Shown in pieces: positions 9,451 to 18,241 of a stretch of DNA of 64,000 bases. Below the pieces are notes generated by a model, which was given only the letters and a program-made list of their open reading frames with translations, was not told the origin of the DNA and did no database searches. The position numbers were made by a program, and so were the translations under genes. The stretch is from a bacterium (GTDB lineage: Bacteria; Krumholzibacteriota; Krumholzibacteriia; LZORAL124-64-63), in NCBI GenBank assembly GCA_003353795.1, contig PIVY01000002.1:12552-76551 (forward strand), read 5' to 3'. Position 1 is the first letter of the stretch; each line of letters begins with the position of its first letter.

Positions 9451-11598
9451 TCAGAAGTCGGCCAGGTCGTCGTCGTCGAGGCCCAACACGTCGCAATCGA
9501 GATTGCCTGCGGGCACCGGCACCGGAGCCGGAGCCGGGGCAGCCGCCGCCGCCGGGGCCGGTCGTGAGGCCACGGGCGCCGGCCGGGGTGCGACGACCGC
9601 GCGGGCTGCGCCGGTGATCGCGGGGGCCGCTGCCGACGCACCGCCGTCGACCAGGCGTCGCAGGTCGTTCACCGAGTTGTGCACCATGAGGGCCTGGTGT
9701 TCGAGGGTCTTGCTGGCGGCGGCCGATTCCTCGCTGCTGGCAGCATTGCCCTGGGTCACCTGGTCGAGGCGGGAAACGGCGCCGTTGATCTCGCCGATGC
9801 CGTCGGCCTGCTCCTTGCTGGCCGACGCCACGTCGCCCACCAGTTGCTTGGCCCGATCCACACTTCCGGTAATCTCGCCCAGGATCTCGCTCACCTGTTC
9901 GGTGGCCTTGACGCCGCTGTCGGCCGACTGCTGGCTGGCCTCGATGAGCGTGGCCGTGCTGCGCGCCGCCTCGGCCGACCGCTGCGCCAGGTTGCGCACC
10001 TCCTCGGCCACCACGGCGAAACCCTTGCCCGCCTCGCCGGCCCGGGCCGCTTCCACGGCGGCGTTGAGGGCCAGCAAGTTGGTCTGAAAGGCGATCTCGT
10101 CGATGGTCTTGAGGATGCGCGCGGTCTCGTCGCTGCTGGCCTTGATGTCGCCGATCACGGACGACATCTGCTTCATGGCGTCCACGCCCTTGCGCGCTGC
10201 GTCGGCGGCCACGCCGGTTTCGCGGTCGGTTTCCGTGGCGTTGGCGGCGGTCTGCTGAGTGCCTGCGGACATCTCCTGCAACGAGGCGGCGATCTCCTCG
10301 AGGCTGGCGGCCTGTTCCGAGGCTCCGTCGGCCATCAACTGGCTGGTGGAGGCGATCTCGCCGGACGAGTGTCCCAGCTGGTCGGACGCGCTGCCGAGCT
10401 GGTCGGCCATGCCGTTGAGCTGCCGGCTCACGCTGCCGGCCAGGAGGAACCAGAGCACGCCCACCAGCAGCAGGGTGATGCCGCCGGTGATCAGGATGGT
10501 GATCATGTTGGCCCGGCCGAGGTCGGCCACGGCCTGCTCGGCAGCCATGAATTCCGACTCGTAGGATCCGGCGCCGATGACCCAATCCCAGGGTGCGAAG
10601 TAGGTGAGGCGCGCCACCTTCATGCGCGGCTCGGCGTCGCCCTTGTTCTGCCAGGGGTACCACTGCTCATCGATGTCGCCGGCCGGCAGGGCCTTGGCCT
10701 TGGCGATGATCTCCTGGATGAAGAGCACGCCGTTGCTGTCCTTGGCCTGCAGGATATTGTCGCCGTCGCGCTTGCCGCCGGCGGAGATGACGTAGTTGCC
10801 CTTGCTGTCCAGCACGTAGACATAACCGGTCTGGCCCACCTTGGTGTCCATGATCGACTGGCGTAGCGCCGTGGCCGATTCCATGGGTACGCCGAAGTAG
10901 CTGATGCCGACCACGTCGCCGCTCGATCCCTTGATGGGCTCGTAGGCGGTGATGTACCAGCGGTCCACTACGTAGGCCTTGCCGCGGAACGTCTGGCCGG
11001 ACATGACGGTCTGGATCACGGGGTTGGGCTGACCGTCGGGATTGATGGCCGGAATGAAGGTGCCGATGGCGCGATTGCCGTCGGTCTTCATCACGTTGGT
11101 GCACACGCGCAGCATGTCGCCGCGGTCGTTCATGCGCTGGAAGATGGTGGCCGTGCCGCCGACCATGTCGCGGGCCTCGTCCACCACGGGGCTCGCCGAC
11201 GCAGGGCTGCGGTTCTGACCCAGCCACTCGCCGCCCACCAGCATGCGCGGCAGGGCGAGCTCGGTGCTCGCCTTGGTGTACTGATTCACGGCTGTCCACT
11301 TGGCGGTGGCGTCGTCGAAGGTGACCTCGCCGTGATTGTTCATGGTCGCGCGCATGGTCGACAGCCCGTGGTTCACGTGCTCCTGGAGTACGGCCTGTTG
11401 CGCCGCGCACATGTTGTAGATGCCCTCGACGATGTGGTCGAGGTCGGTGAAGGCCAGCACGCGGCACTCTTCGGCCGCGGCAGCCCGCATCTGGTTCTGC
11501 TTGACCATCACCACGCCGGTGATGACGACCAGCGGGACCAGGATGACGACCATGCCGGTGGTCAGCAGGCGTGTGCGGAGAGACATGTTGGCGAACAT
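9451..11598 (-). CDS. Methyl-accepting chemotaxis protein with a double-Cache periplasmic sensor, a HAMP domain and an MCP signalling domain.
   Basis: The N-terminal TM segment is followed by a ~300-aa sensor, then TM2. '[37 protein letters not shown]' is the highly conserved MCP signalling motif. The start was chosen at MFANMSL (11598). Confidence 0.85.
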   Translation of the reverse strand: MFANMSLRTRLLTTGMVVILVPLVVITGVVMVKQNQMRAAAAEECRVLAFTDLDHIVEGIYNMCAAQQAVLQEHVNHGLSTMRATMNNHGEVTFDDATAKWTAVNQYTKASTELALPRMLVGGEWLGQNRSPASASPVVDEARDMVGGTATIFQRMNDRGDMLRVCTNVMKTDGNRAIGTFIPAINPDGQPNPVIQTVMSGQTFRGKAYVVDRWYITAYEPIKGSSGDVVGISYFGVPMESATALRQSIMDTKVGQTGYVYVLDSKGNYVISAGGKRDGDNILQAKDSNGVLFIQEIIAKAKALPAGDIDEQWYPWQNKGDAEPRMKVARLTYFAPWDWVIGAGSYESEFMAAEQAVADLGRANMITILITGGITLLLVGVLWFLLAGSVSRQLNGMADQLGSASDQLGHSSGEIASTSQLMADGASEQAASLEEIAASLQEMSAGTQQTAANATETDRETGVAADAARKGVDAMKQMSSVIGDIKASSDETARILKTIDEIAFQTNLLALNAAVEAARAGEAGKGFAVVAEEVRNLAQRSAEAARSTATLIEASQQSADSGVKATEQVSEILGEITGSVDRAKQLVGDVASASKEQADGIGEINGAVSRLDQVTQGNAASSEESAAASKTLEHQALMVHNSVNDLRRLVDGGASAAAPAITGAARAVVAPRPAPVASRPAPAAAAAPAPAPVPVPAGNLDCDVLGLDDDDLADF

Positions 11599-11845
11599 TG
11601 GCGAGCGTCCTTTCACCGAAACGGATCCTGCGGCATGCCCATCCCCCGACATCTCCCGAACGCCGCTGTCTTTCGATTCAGATCGGCGGATTCAATTCGG
11701 GCTTGAGGGCGGTTGCGAGGATTTTTGAACAAACTCCGTCCGCTGTTCACGAAGAGGGTCAAGGTCGATCTTCTTTGGCCGATATACGGAATGACAGATG
11801 CGACGGGAAGGATCCCGTCAGGGTCATCCGGAGAAGGAGCCAGTC

Positions 11846-12352
11846 ATGGATTCCATTCTTTCCACTTCTCGCAACGTGGCCGCGCCGGAGCCAAGGCCGA
11901 TGGTGCCCAGCCCGAGTACGGCGGCGCGGGAGCCCGATCAAGACAAGCCGGCCCGGCGTCTCGATCATTCGCGCAACCACGGCAAGCACCACGAGCGTGG
12001 TCGCTCGCACGTGCAGCAGGGCATGCGCCACATCATTCGCGACATCCGTCACGCCATTCGTGACGAGGTGAAGGCCGGGGTCAAGTCCGGCGAGATCGAC
12101 CTCGAGACCATGGGCTCGATCCGCGACCTCCAGCGCAGTTTCCGTCGCGATCTCCAGGGCATGTTCCTGGATGCCGGCCAGAAGGGCGGCGTCGATCGCA
12201 ATCAGGTGCTCGAGGGCATGATCGAAGCGCTGCAGAGTCTGGCGGCTGGACTGCGGGAGATCACCGGCAACGAGCCGGAGCCGGCCAAGCTGGACCCCGA
12301 GATCCCGGTCGTGAGCAGCGAGCCCGGATCGTTGCTGGACCTCACGGTCTAG
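11846..12352 (+). CDS. Hypothetical small basic protein with a His/Arg-rich, probably disordered N-terminus.
   Basis: An ATG at 11846 follows GGAGAAGGAG. No family was recognised. Confidence 0.45.
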   Translation: MDSILSTSRNVAAPEPRPMVPSPSTAAREPDQDKPARRLDHSRNHGKHHERGRSHVQQGMRHIIRDIRHAIRDEVKAGVKSGEIDLETMGSIRDLQRSFRRDLQGMFLDAGQKGGVDRNQVLEGMIEALQSLAAGLREITGNEPEPAKLDPEIPVVSSEPGSLLDLTV

Positions 12353-13457
12353 GCGCGGTCGGTGCAGCCAGCGCGGCGGCCATCTCGGCCACCAGCGCAT
12401 CCGCGAGATGACGCCCGTTCACGGCGTCGTGATTGAGGATTGCGCCAGACACCGTCACGTCCAGCGACGGGACGTGGAAGGCGAACGTGTTCCAGAACCC
12501 CTGGTGACCCCAGGCCAGGGATCCGCCTAGCTCCATGCACATCAATCCCAGTCGATAGGGCGGCGTGCCCGAACCGGTCATGGCGGCCAGGGTCGCCTCG
12601 TCGTGCAGCACCGTGCCCGCCAGGAGCGCGCGCATGAAGGCGGCCAGGTCGCGCGCGTCGCAGACCAGACCGCCGCCGCCGTAGAGGTCGAACGAGGGAT
12701 GGAAGTCGGTGCAGTCGACCTCGCCATAGTACTGGTGCGCGCGGGGGCCGGCCGTGGTGGGTTGCGGCTCCAGGGTCTCCCACCAGGTGGCGTCGAGGCC
12801 GAGACGCCGGTAGTCGATCAGGTCGCGAGTCGCCTCGCCGAGGTTGCGACCGGTGGTGCGCTCGATGATGGCCCCGAGCAGCACGTAGCCCGTGTCGGAA
12901 TACTTGTAGCGCTCGCCGGGCGCTCCCACCGGATCGAAGAGTTTCACGCACATGGTGAGCACCTCGTGCCGCGTCCAGTGGTGCTGAGGCTCGGCGAAGA
13001 TGCGCTCGCCGTAGGTGTCGCCGTCGCTGTGATCGGCGAGACCGGCGGTGTGGCTGAGTACGTGGCGCAGGGTGATGGCGTCGAGGTCGTAGCCGTCGCC
13101 GGCCAGGAGGGCACGCTCTTCGACCATGAGGTGTCGGCCGAGGGGGTCGTCCAGTCCGAGACGACCCTGCTCCACCAGGCGCAGCATCGCGGCGGCGGTG
13201 TAGGTCTTGGTGTTGCTGGCGATGCGCACGGTGTGGTTGGCCGCCAGGGGCGTCGGATCGTCGTGAGAGACGGTGCCGGCGGTTCCCGTCCAGTCGAGAT
13301 CGAGGCCAGGACAGGTCACGTGGACCACGATCCCGGGGGCGATCGGATTCTCGGCGAGGGTGCGGTCGACGACGGTCTGCAGGTCGCCGACGATACCCGC
13401 AGAGGCGGCCGTGGCGGAGATCAGCAGCAGGAAGAGGCTCGTGGCGCGGAGGTTCAT
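12342..13457 (-). CDS. Serine hydrolase of the beta-lactamase/penicillin-binding-protein-like (class C) family, secreted.
   Basis: The N-terminus 'MNLRATSLFLLLISATAASA' is a signal peptide. An 'ASNTKTYTAAA' segment contains the SxxK motif. The ATG at 13457 overlaps the sfsA stop as ATGA. Confidence 0.7.
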   Translation of the reverse strand: MNLRATSLFLLLISATAASAGIVGDLQTVVDRTLAENPIAPGIVVHVTCPGLDLDWTGTAGTVSHDDPTPLAANHTVRIASNTKTYTAAAMLRLVEQGRLGLDDPLGRHLMVEERALLAGDGYDLDAITLRHVLSHTAGLADHSDGDTYGERIFAEPQHHWTRHEVLTMCVKLFDPVGAPGERYKYSDTGYVLLGAIIERTTGRNLGEATRDLIDYRRLGLDATWWETLEPQPTTAGPRAHQYYGEVDCTDFHPSFDLYGGGGLVCDARDLAAFMRALLAGTVLHDEATLAAMTGSGTPPYRLGLMCMELGGSLAWGHQGFWNTFAFHVPSLDVTVSGAILNHDAVNGRHLADALVAEMAAALAAPTAPRP

Positions 13458-14272
13458 GCTCGAACTCCCGGAAGGTTGGTGGGATCGGTGATCACGGCAA
13501 TGGAGCCGGCAGGTTCGACACCGGCCGGGGAGACGCGGGCCAGCAAGCCGCAGCAGGCCACGCCGGACAGCGCGGCCTGGTGCAGGGCGACGGCGTAGTC
13601 GGGGTCGATGTCGGCGGCGGCCGCCACGCAATGGGCGTCGCCGCGCTGGACGCAGAGCACGAGTGCCGCGCGCTGGCCGCGATCCACGCACCGTGCCAGG
13701 TCGGCCAGATGCTTGCGGCCGCGCTCGGTGGGCGCGTCGGGAAAGCCTGCCACGCCGCCACGGGTCCAGGTCACGTTCTTGATCTCGACCCAGACCGGCG
13801 CACCGGCCGGGTCGCGCAGGAGCAGGTCCGCGCGGCTCCGGGGGGCGATGTCGGCGGGGTAGCGGGCTTCCTGGCGATCCAGGGTACAGTCTGCCAACTC
13901 GGCGATGAGGCCGGCCTCCAGGGCGGCGATCACGATGCCGTGCGGCGCCGCGGTATTCACGCCCACGAGCACCTGATCCGGCGCCGGTGCCGGTGCGTCC
14001 AGGGGAATCGGCGCTTCAGGCGCTGAGGACGAGGCAGCCATGCCGTTGGGCCAGGCGGGAGCTTCCATGACTTCCAGGGTCCAGGGCAGCTTGCGGCGAG
14101 GATTCGACGCCGGGCTCAGCCAGCATCGGGCGCCGGGTTCGCCGCAGCCGGTGAGGCGGCCGGTGTTGTTGGTGTGCACGGTCACCCGCTCGCCGCCGGC
14201 CAGTTCGGCATGCACGGTGAAGCGTTTCTCGCGCCCGAGGTATCGCGCCACGGTCCAGGGTGCGTCGGCCAA
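13454..14272 (-). CDS. sfsA: Sugar fermentation stimulation protein SfsA (DNA-binding protein).
   Basis: 'YLGREKRF...HTNNTGRLTGC...GVNT...FPDAPTERGRKHL' aligns with E. coli SfsA. A likely TTG start at 14272 is preceded by GGGAGG. The longer table ORF has an unsupported N-terminal extension. Confidence 0.7.
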   Translation of the reverse strand: MADAPWTVARYLGREKRFTVHAELAGGERVTVHTNNTGRLTGCGEPGARCWLSPASNPRRKLPWTLEVMEAPAWPNGMAASSSAPEAPIPLDAPAPAPDQVLVGVNTAAPHGIVIAALEAGLIAELADCTLDRQEARYPADIAPRSRADLLLRDPAGAPVWVEIKNVTWTRGGVAGFPDAPTERGRKHLADLARCVDRGQRAALVLCVQRGDAHCVAAAADIDPDYAVALHQAALSGVACCGLLARVSPAGVEPAGSIAVITDPTNLPGVRA

Positions 14273-14419
14273 GCTGGCCTCCCGTTGGCGGCTGTTGTGC
14301 CGCGCCAGATCCTGGGTTAAGTTCCAACGGTGCCGGCCTTGCCGGGCCGGTCCCGCGCGAACCCCACAACCCGCGGGTCGCGACGCTTCGTGCGACGCGA
14401 GTTCCGCTTCCGGGATAGC

Positions 14420-15274
14420 ATGCAACTCGGTAACTGGACCTTCAAGATCTTCAGCGACGGCTTCTTCCGGCTGGACGGCGGCGCATCCTTCGGGATCGTG
14501 CCCAAGCCCATGTGGGAAAAGCAGATACCGGCGGATGGCCGCAATAGAATTCGGGTGGCCCTTCGCTGCCTATTGGCCGAGGGCCACGGCCGCCGCGTCC
14601 TCATCGACACGGGAATCGGCGATCGCTGGGACGCCAAGCAGCGCGAGATCTACGGCATGGACCGCCGCGCCGGTCAGCTCCTCACCGAGTTGGGCGACGC
14701 CGGTATCTCGCGCGAATCCATCACCGACGTGGTCCTCACCCACCTGCACTTCGATCATGCCGGCGGCGCTTGCCTGGATATGGCCAGCGGCATGGCCCCG
14801 GCCTTTCCCCGCGCCCGCTGGTGGTTGCAGCGCGCCCACTGGGAATGGGCCCGCAACCCCAGCGAACGCGACCAGGGCAGCTTCCGTCCCGACGACTTCG
14901 AGGCCCTGGCCGACACCGATCGCCTCGAACTGGTGGAAGGAAACGTGGAGATCCTGCCCGGACTGCGCGTCAGCCCCGTGGGCGGACACACACCGGGCAT
15001 GCAGATCCCCGAGTTTCACACCGAGGACGGCACGCTCGTGTTCCTGGCCGACCTCATCCCTTCGGTGGCGCACATCCACCTGCCGTGGGTGGCGGGATTC
15101 GATCTCAACCCGCTGCTGACCCTCAGCGAGAAACGCCAGCTCCTGAGCCGCGCCGTGGAGGACGACTATCTGCTTGTCTTCCAGCACGATCCCGACCACG
15201 AGGCCTGTCGGGTCACGTTCCAGGACGGCCGTTTCCAGGCCCGCGAGACCCTGACGCTGAATCAGTCGGAATAG
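14420..15274 (+). CDS. MBL-fold metallo-hydrolase.
   Basis: 'VVLTHLHFDHAGGA' contains the HxHxDH motif. The start was chosen at MQLGNW (14420). Confidence 0.75.
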   Translation: MQLGNWTFKIFSDGFFRLDGGASFGIVPKPMWEKQIPADGRNRIRVALRCLLAEGHGRRVLIDTGIGDRWDAKQREIYGMDRRAGQLLTELGDAGISRESITDVVLTHLHFDHAGGACLDMASGMAPAFPRARWWLQRAHWEWARNPSERDQGSFRPDDFEALADTDRLELVEGNVEILPGLRVSPVGGHTPGMQIPEFHTEDGTLVFLADLIPSVAHIHLPWVAGFDLNPLLTLSEKRQLLSRAVEDDYLLVFQHDPDHEACRVTFQDGRFQARETLTLNQSE

Positions 15275-15287
15275 AAAGGAGCGCTCC

Positions 15288-16160
15288 TTGAGCCCACGCA
15301 TCACCGAGCGCAAACCCGATTGGTTGCGCATGCCGCGCCAGGGTGGCGAAGCATACAACCGCATGCAGCGGCTGCTGCGCACGGCGTCCCTGAGCACGGT
15401 GTGCGAGTCGGCCAATTGCCCCAACCGAGGCGAGTGTTTCGCCAGCGGTACGGCCACCTTCCTGCTCATGGGCCACACCTGCACCCGCCACTGCACGTTC
15501 TGCAACATCCCCGGCGGTCGTGTCACCGCGCTCGATCCCGACGAGCCGCGCCGCGTCGCCGACACGGTACAGCACCTGGGCCTGGAGTTCGCCGTGGTGA
15601 CCAGCGTGACCCGGGACGACCTGCCCGACGGTGGCGCCGCCCACATCGCGGCGGTCATCGGTGAGATCCGCCGGCTCAATCCCGGCTGTGGCGTGGAGGT
15701 GCTCATTCCGGATCTGCGCGGAGAGCATCGCAGCCTGGAGACCGTGTTCGAGGCCGCGCCCGACGTGCTCAACCACAACCTCGAGATCGTGCCACGCCTC
15801 TACCCGGCCATGCGGCCCCAGGCCAGCTACGACACCTCGTTGCAGGTGCTGCGCCGGGCGCGCCGGTCGGGGACCATGACGGTGAAGACCGGGATCATGG
15901 TGGGCGTGGGCGAACGCCGCGACGAGGTCACGAGGGTCATGAGCGACGCGGTCGATCACGGTGTGGAGGTGTTCACCATCGGCCAGTACTTGCAGCCGAG
16001 CCGCGCGCACCATCCCGTGGAGCGGTACGTCGAGCCCGCCGAATTCGACGAGCTGGCGGCCCTCGGTCGCGAGCTCGGCCTGATCTGGGTGGAGGCCGGC
16101 CCCATGGTCCGGTCCAGCTACCACGCACGTCAGCAGAGCGAAGCGGTGGGTCGATCGTGA
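15288..16160 (+). CDS. lipA: Lipoyl synthase LipA.
   Basis: It has 'CESANCPNRGEC' and 'CTRHCTFC' radical-SAM/auxiliary-cluster motifs. The protein is full-length at 290 aa. Confidence 0.92.
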   Translation: MSPRITERKPDWLRMPRQGGEAYNRMQRLLRTASLSTVCESANCPNRGECFASGTATFLLMGHTCTRHCTFCNIPGGRVTALDPDEPRRVADTVQHLGLEFAVVTSVTRDDLPDGGAAHIAAVIGEIRRLNPGCGVEVLIPDLRGEHRSLETVFEAAPDVLNHNLEIVPRLYPAMRPQASYDTSLQVLRRARRSGTMTVKTGIMVGVGERRDEVTRVMSDAVDHGVEVFTIGQYLQPSRAHHPVERYVEPAEFDELAALGRELGLIWVEAGPMVRSSYHARQQSEAVGRS

Positions 16161-17332
16161 CGCGTCCGGCCCGGATCGCGGTGCTGATCATGGTGGCGTT
16201 GCTCGCCGGTTGTGCGGGCTCGCCACCGCCGCCCGTCGAACAACCGGGATTCGAACCCGAACCCGAGCCGGAGGTGGCCGCCTTCCGTGGACTCTGGATC
16301 ACCCGCTGGGATTACCGCACCGCCCAGGACGTGGAGCGCGCCATCGACGAGTCCGCGGACCTCGGCGTGACCGACGTTTTCTTCCAGGTGCGCGGACAGG
16401 CCGACGCGTTCTACCGCAGCGATCTCGAGCCCTGGGGCCATCAGCTCGGCGACGACCCCGGCTACGATCCTCTGGCCCTGGCGGTGGTGCGCGCCCATCA
16501 CCGGGGATTGCGGCTGCACGCCTGGGTCAACGTCTATCCGCTCTGGAAGGGCCTCGACGAACCCACCAATCCAGAGCATCCGTATCTGGTCCATCCCGAG
16601 TGGCGTCTCCACGACGAGACCGGCGCCGAGCAGCCCCGGAGCGAGTACTACGTGGTGGCCGATCCCACCAATCCGGAGGCCCAGGAGCACATCGCTGCAG
16701 TGATGCGCGACATCTGCAGCCGCTACGAGATCGACGGCTTGCACCTGGACTACGTGCGCTTCGTGGGCGAGACCCTGGATCAGGGGCATCTCTGGCCCGG
16801 CGACGCCGCCAGCATCGCGCGCTGGCGCGCTGCCGGCGGCACCAGCGACCCGAACACGCCGGACGGACGAATTCTGCATCGGGCGTGGGTTCGCGCCGAG
16901 ATCTCCGCGCTGGTCATGCGTATCGGCCACGAGTGCCGTGCTCTGCGACCCTCGCTCGCCTACACTGCCGCGGTCCTGCGAAATCCCGACATCGCTCGCG
17001 ACACATACTTGCAGGACGCCGCCGCGTGGGTCCGGGACGGTCATCTCGACCAAGTGTTGCCCATGATCTACACCACCGACGAGGCCGCTTTCCGCGTCGA
17101 TCTCGATGCCTGGCGCGCCGCCGCGCCGCCCGATCGCGTCGTGGCCGGCATCGGCGTCTACAAGCACGCGGCCACTGATCTGGGTCCACAGATCGCGGCC
17201 AGCGCCGGGACCGCCGGGTGGTCGTTGTTCGCTTACAGCTCGCTGCTCGAGAGCGCCAATCCCGAGCAGGATCGCAGCGACGAGGCCCGCGAACTGAGGC
17301 GCCAGCTCCGGGCGGTTCTCGGCGCCCCTTGA
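16157..17332 (+). CDS. Glycoside hydrolase-like family 10 (GHL10) lipoprotein.
   Basis: The GTG start overlaps the lipA stop as GTGA. The N-terminus 'MTRPARIAVLIMVALLAGC' has a lipobox. 'WITRWDY...DGLHLDYVRF' matches GHL10. It is paralogous to 8327..9355. Confidence 0.65.
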   Translation: MTRPARIAVLIMVALLAGCAGSPPPPVEQPGFEPEPEPEVAAFRGLWITRWDYRTAQDVERAIDESADLGVTDVFFQVRGQADAFYRSDLEPWGHQLGDDPGYDPLALAVVRAHHRGLRLHAWVNVYPLWKGLDEPTNPEHPYLVHPEWRLHDETGAEQPRSEYYVVADPTNPEAQEHIAAVMRDICSRYEIDGLHLDYVRFVGETLDQGHLWPGDAASIARWRAAGGTSDPNTPDGRILHRAWVRAEISALVMRIGHECRALRPSLAYTAAVLRNPDIARDTYLQDAAAWVRDGHLDQVLPMIYTTDEAAFRVDLDAWRAAAPPDRVVAGIGVYKHAATDLGPQIAASAGTAGWSLFAYSSLLESANPEQDRSDEARELRRQLRAVLGAP

Positions 17333-17359
17333 CGTTGCCTCGCCTCCTGGAGGAATCGA

Positions 17360-18166
17360 TTGTCGGCCTGGTCGTATGCTCGCAAGACCATCTTCAATGG
17401 ACGCTCGCGGGCGTGCTTCTGGAAGCATCCGGTGCGGGCGGCGAGCATGGTCCTGGGCGCCGGGGGGAACCGACTCCTGGATTTCGAGGAGCGATTCCGA
17501 TCGCGACACGACCAGACCTGCCCCGTGTGTCGCTGGGAGGGGCGCCGCTTCCGGACCTTCGTGTCACCTGACGTGGTGATTCCGGCGAGCATCTGTCCGG
17601 TGTGTGGATCATTCGACCGACATCGCCACCTGGTCCTGGGCATGCGCGAGGTGCTGTCGGACCAGGATCGGGTTCCGCGCACCTTACTGGGCCTCTCTTT
17701 GGCACCGGCCATGAGCTATCTGCTGGCCCACGAGGGTCTGGGTCGGTGTTTCAAGAGCGACTACGACGGCCGCGATCCTCGCCACGAGCACGAGGTCATC
17801 GCAGACCTGGCGCGGGCAGGCTTCGGCGATGCGGTATTCGACTGGGTGGTCTGCAGCCATGTCCTGGAGCATGTACCGGATCTCGAGCCGGCGGTGGATG
17901 AACTGGTGCGCGTCCTGCGCCCCGGGGGGCTTGCCTGGATCCAGGTGGCCTACCAGCAGGGCCTGGTGCAGAGCTGCCGCATTCCTCTGGATCCCCACGA
18001 CTTCGACGCACACGTCTGGCGGTTCGGCACCGACTTCACCGCGCGCCTGGCGCGGCCGGGCTGGGAGGTGATCTGCGAACAGGCGGCCTCCCTGACGCCG
18101 ACCGCGCGGCAGCGCCACGGAATCCACCCGGTCGAGCGTTACTGGCTGGCGCGCAAGCTCCCTTGA
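17360..18166 (+). CDS. Class I SAM-dependent methyltransferase with an N-terminal CxxC...CxxC zinc-ribbon-like segment.
   Basis: 'CPVCRWEG...CPVCGSFDRHRH' is followed by the Methyltransf_11-like 'VVCSHVLEHVPDLEPAVDELVRVLRPGGLAWI'. Confidence 0.7.
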   Translation: MSAWSYARKTIFNGRSRACFWKHPVRAASMVLGAGGNRLLDFEERFRSRHDQTCPVCRWEGRRFRTFVSPDVVIPASICPVCGSFDRHRHLVLGMREVLSDQDRVPRTLLGLSLAPAMSYLLAHEGLGRCFKSDYDGRDPRHEHEVIADLARAGFGDAVFDWVVCSHVLEHVPDLEPAVDELVRVLRPGGLAWIQVAYQQGLVQSCRIPLDPHDFDAHVWRFGTDFTARLARPGWEVICEQAASLTPTARQRHGIHPVERYWLARKLP

Positions 18167-18241
18167 CCCGCGGTCCTTGTCCCCATGGCCGAAAAGCGGG
18201 ATAATCATGGGTGCCACCTCCGCTCTGTCCGGGAGAGACCC

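Noticed and set aside
9368-11467. Two long minus-strand alternate-frame ORFs (9368..10663 and 10667..11467) overlapping the chemoreceptor gene.
   Set aside because: The chemoreceptor frame carries an unmistakable signalling-domain motif. These alternate-frame ORFs are Arg/Gly-rich noise.
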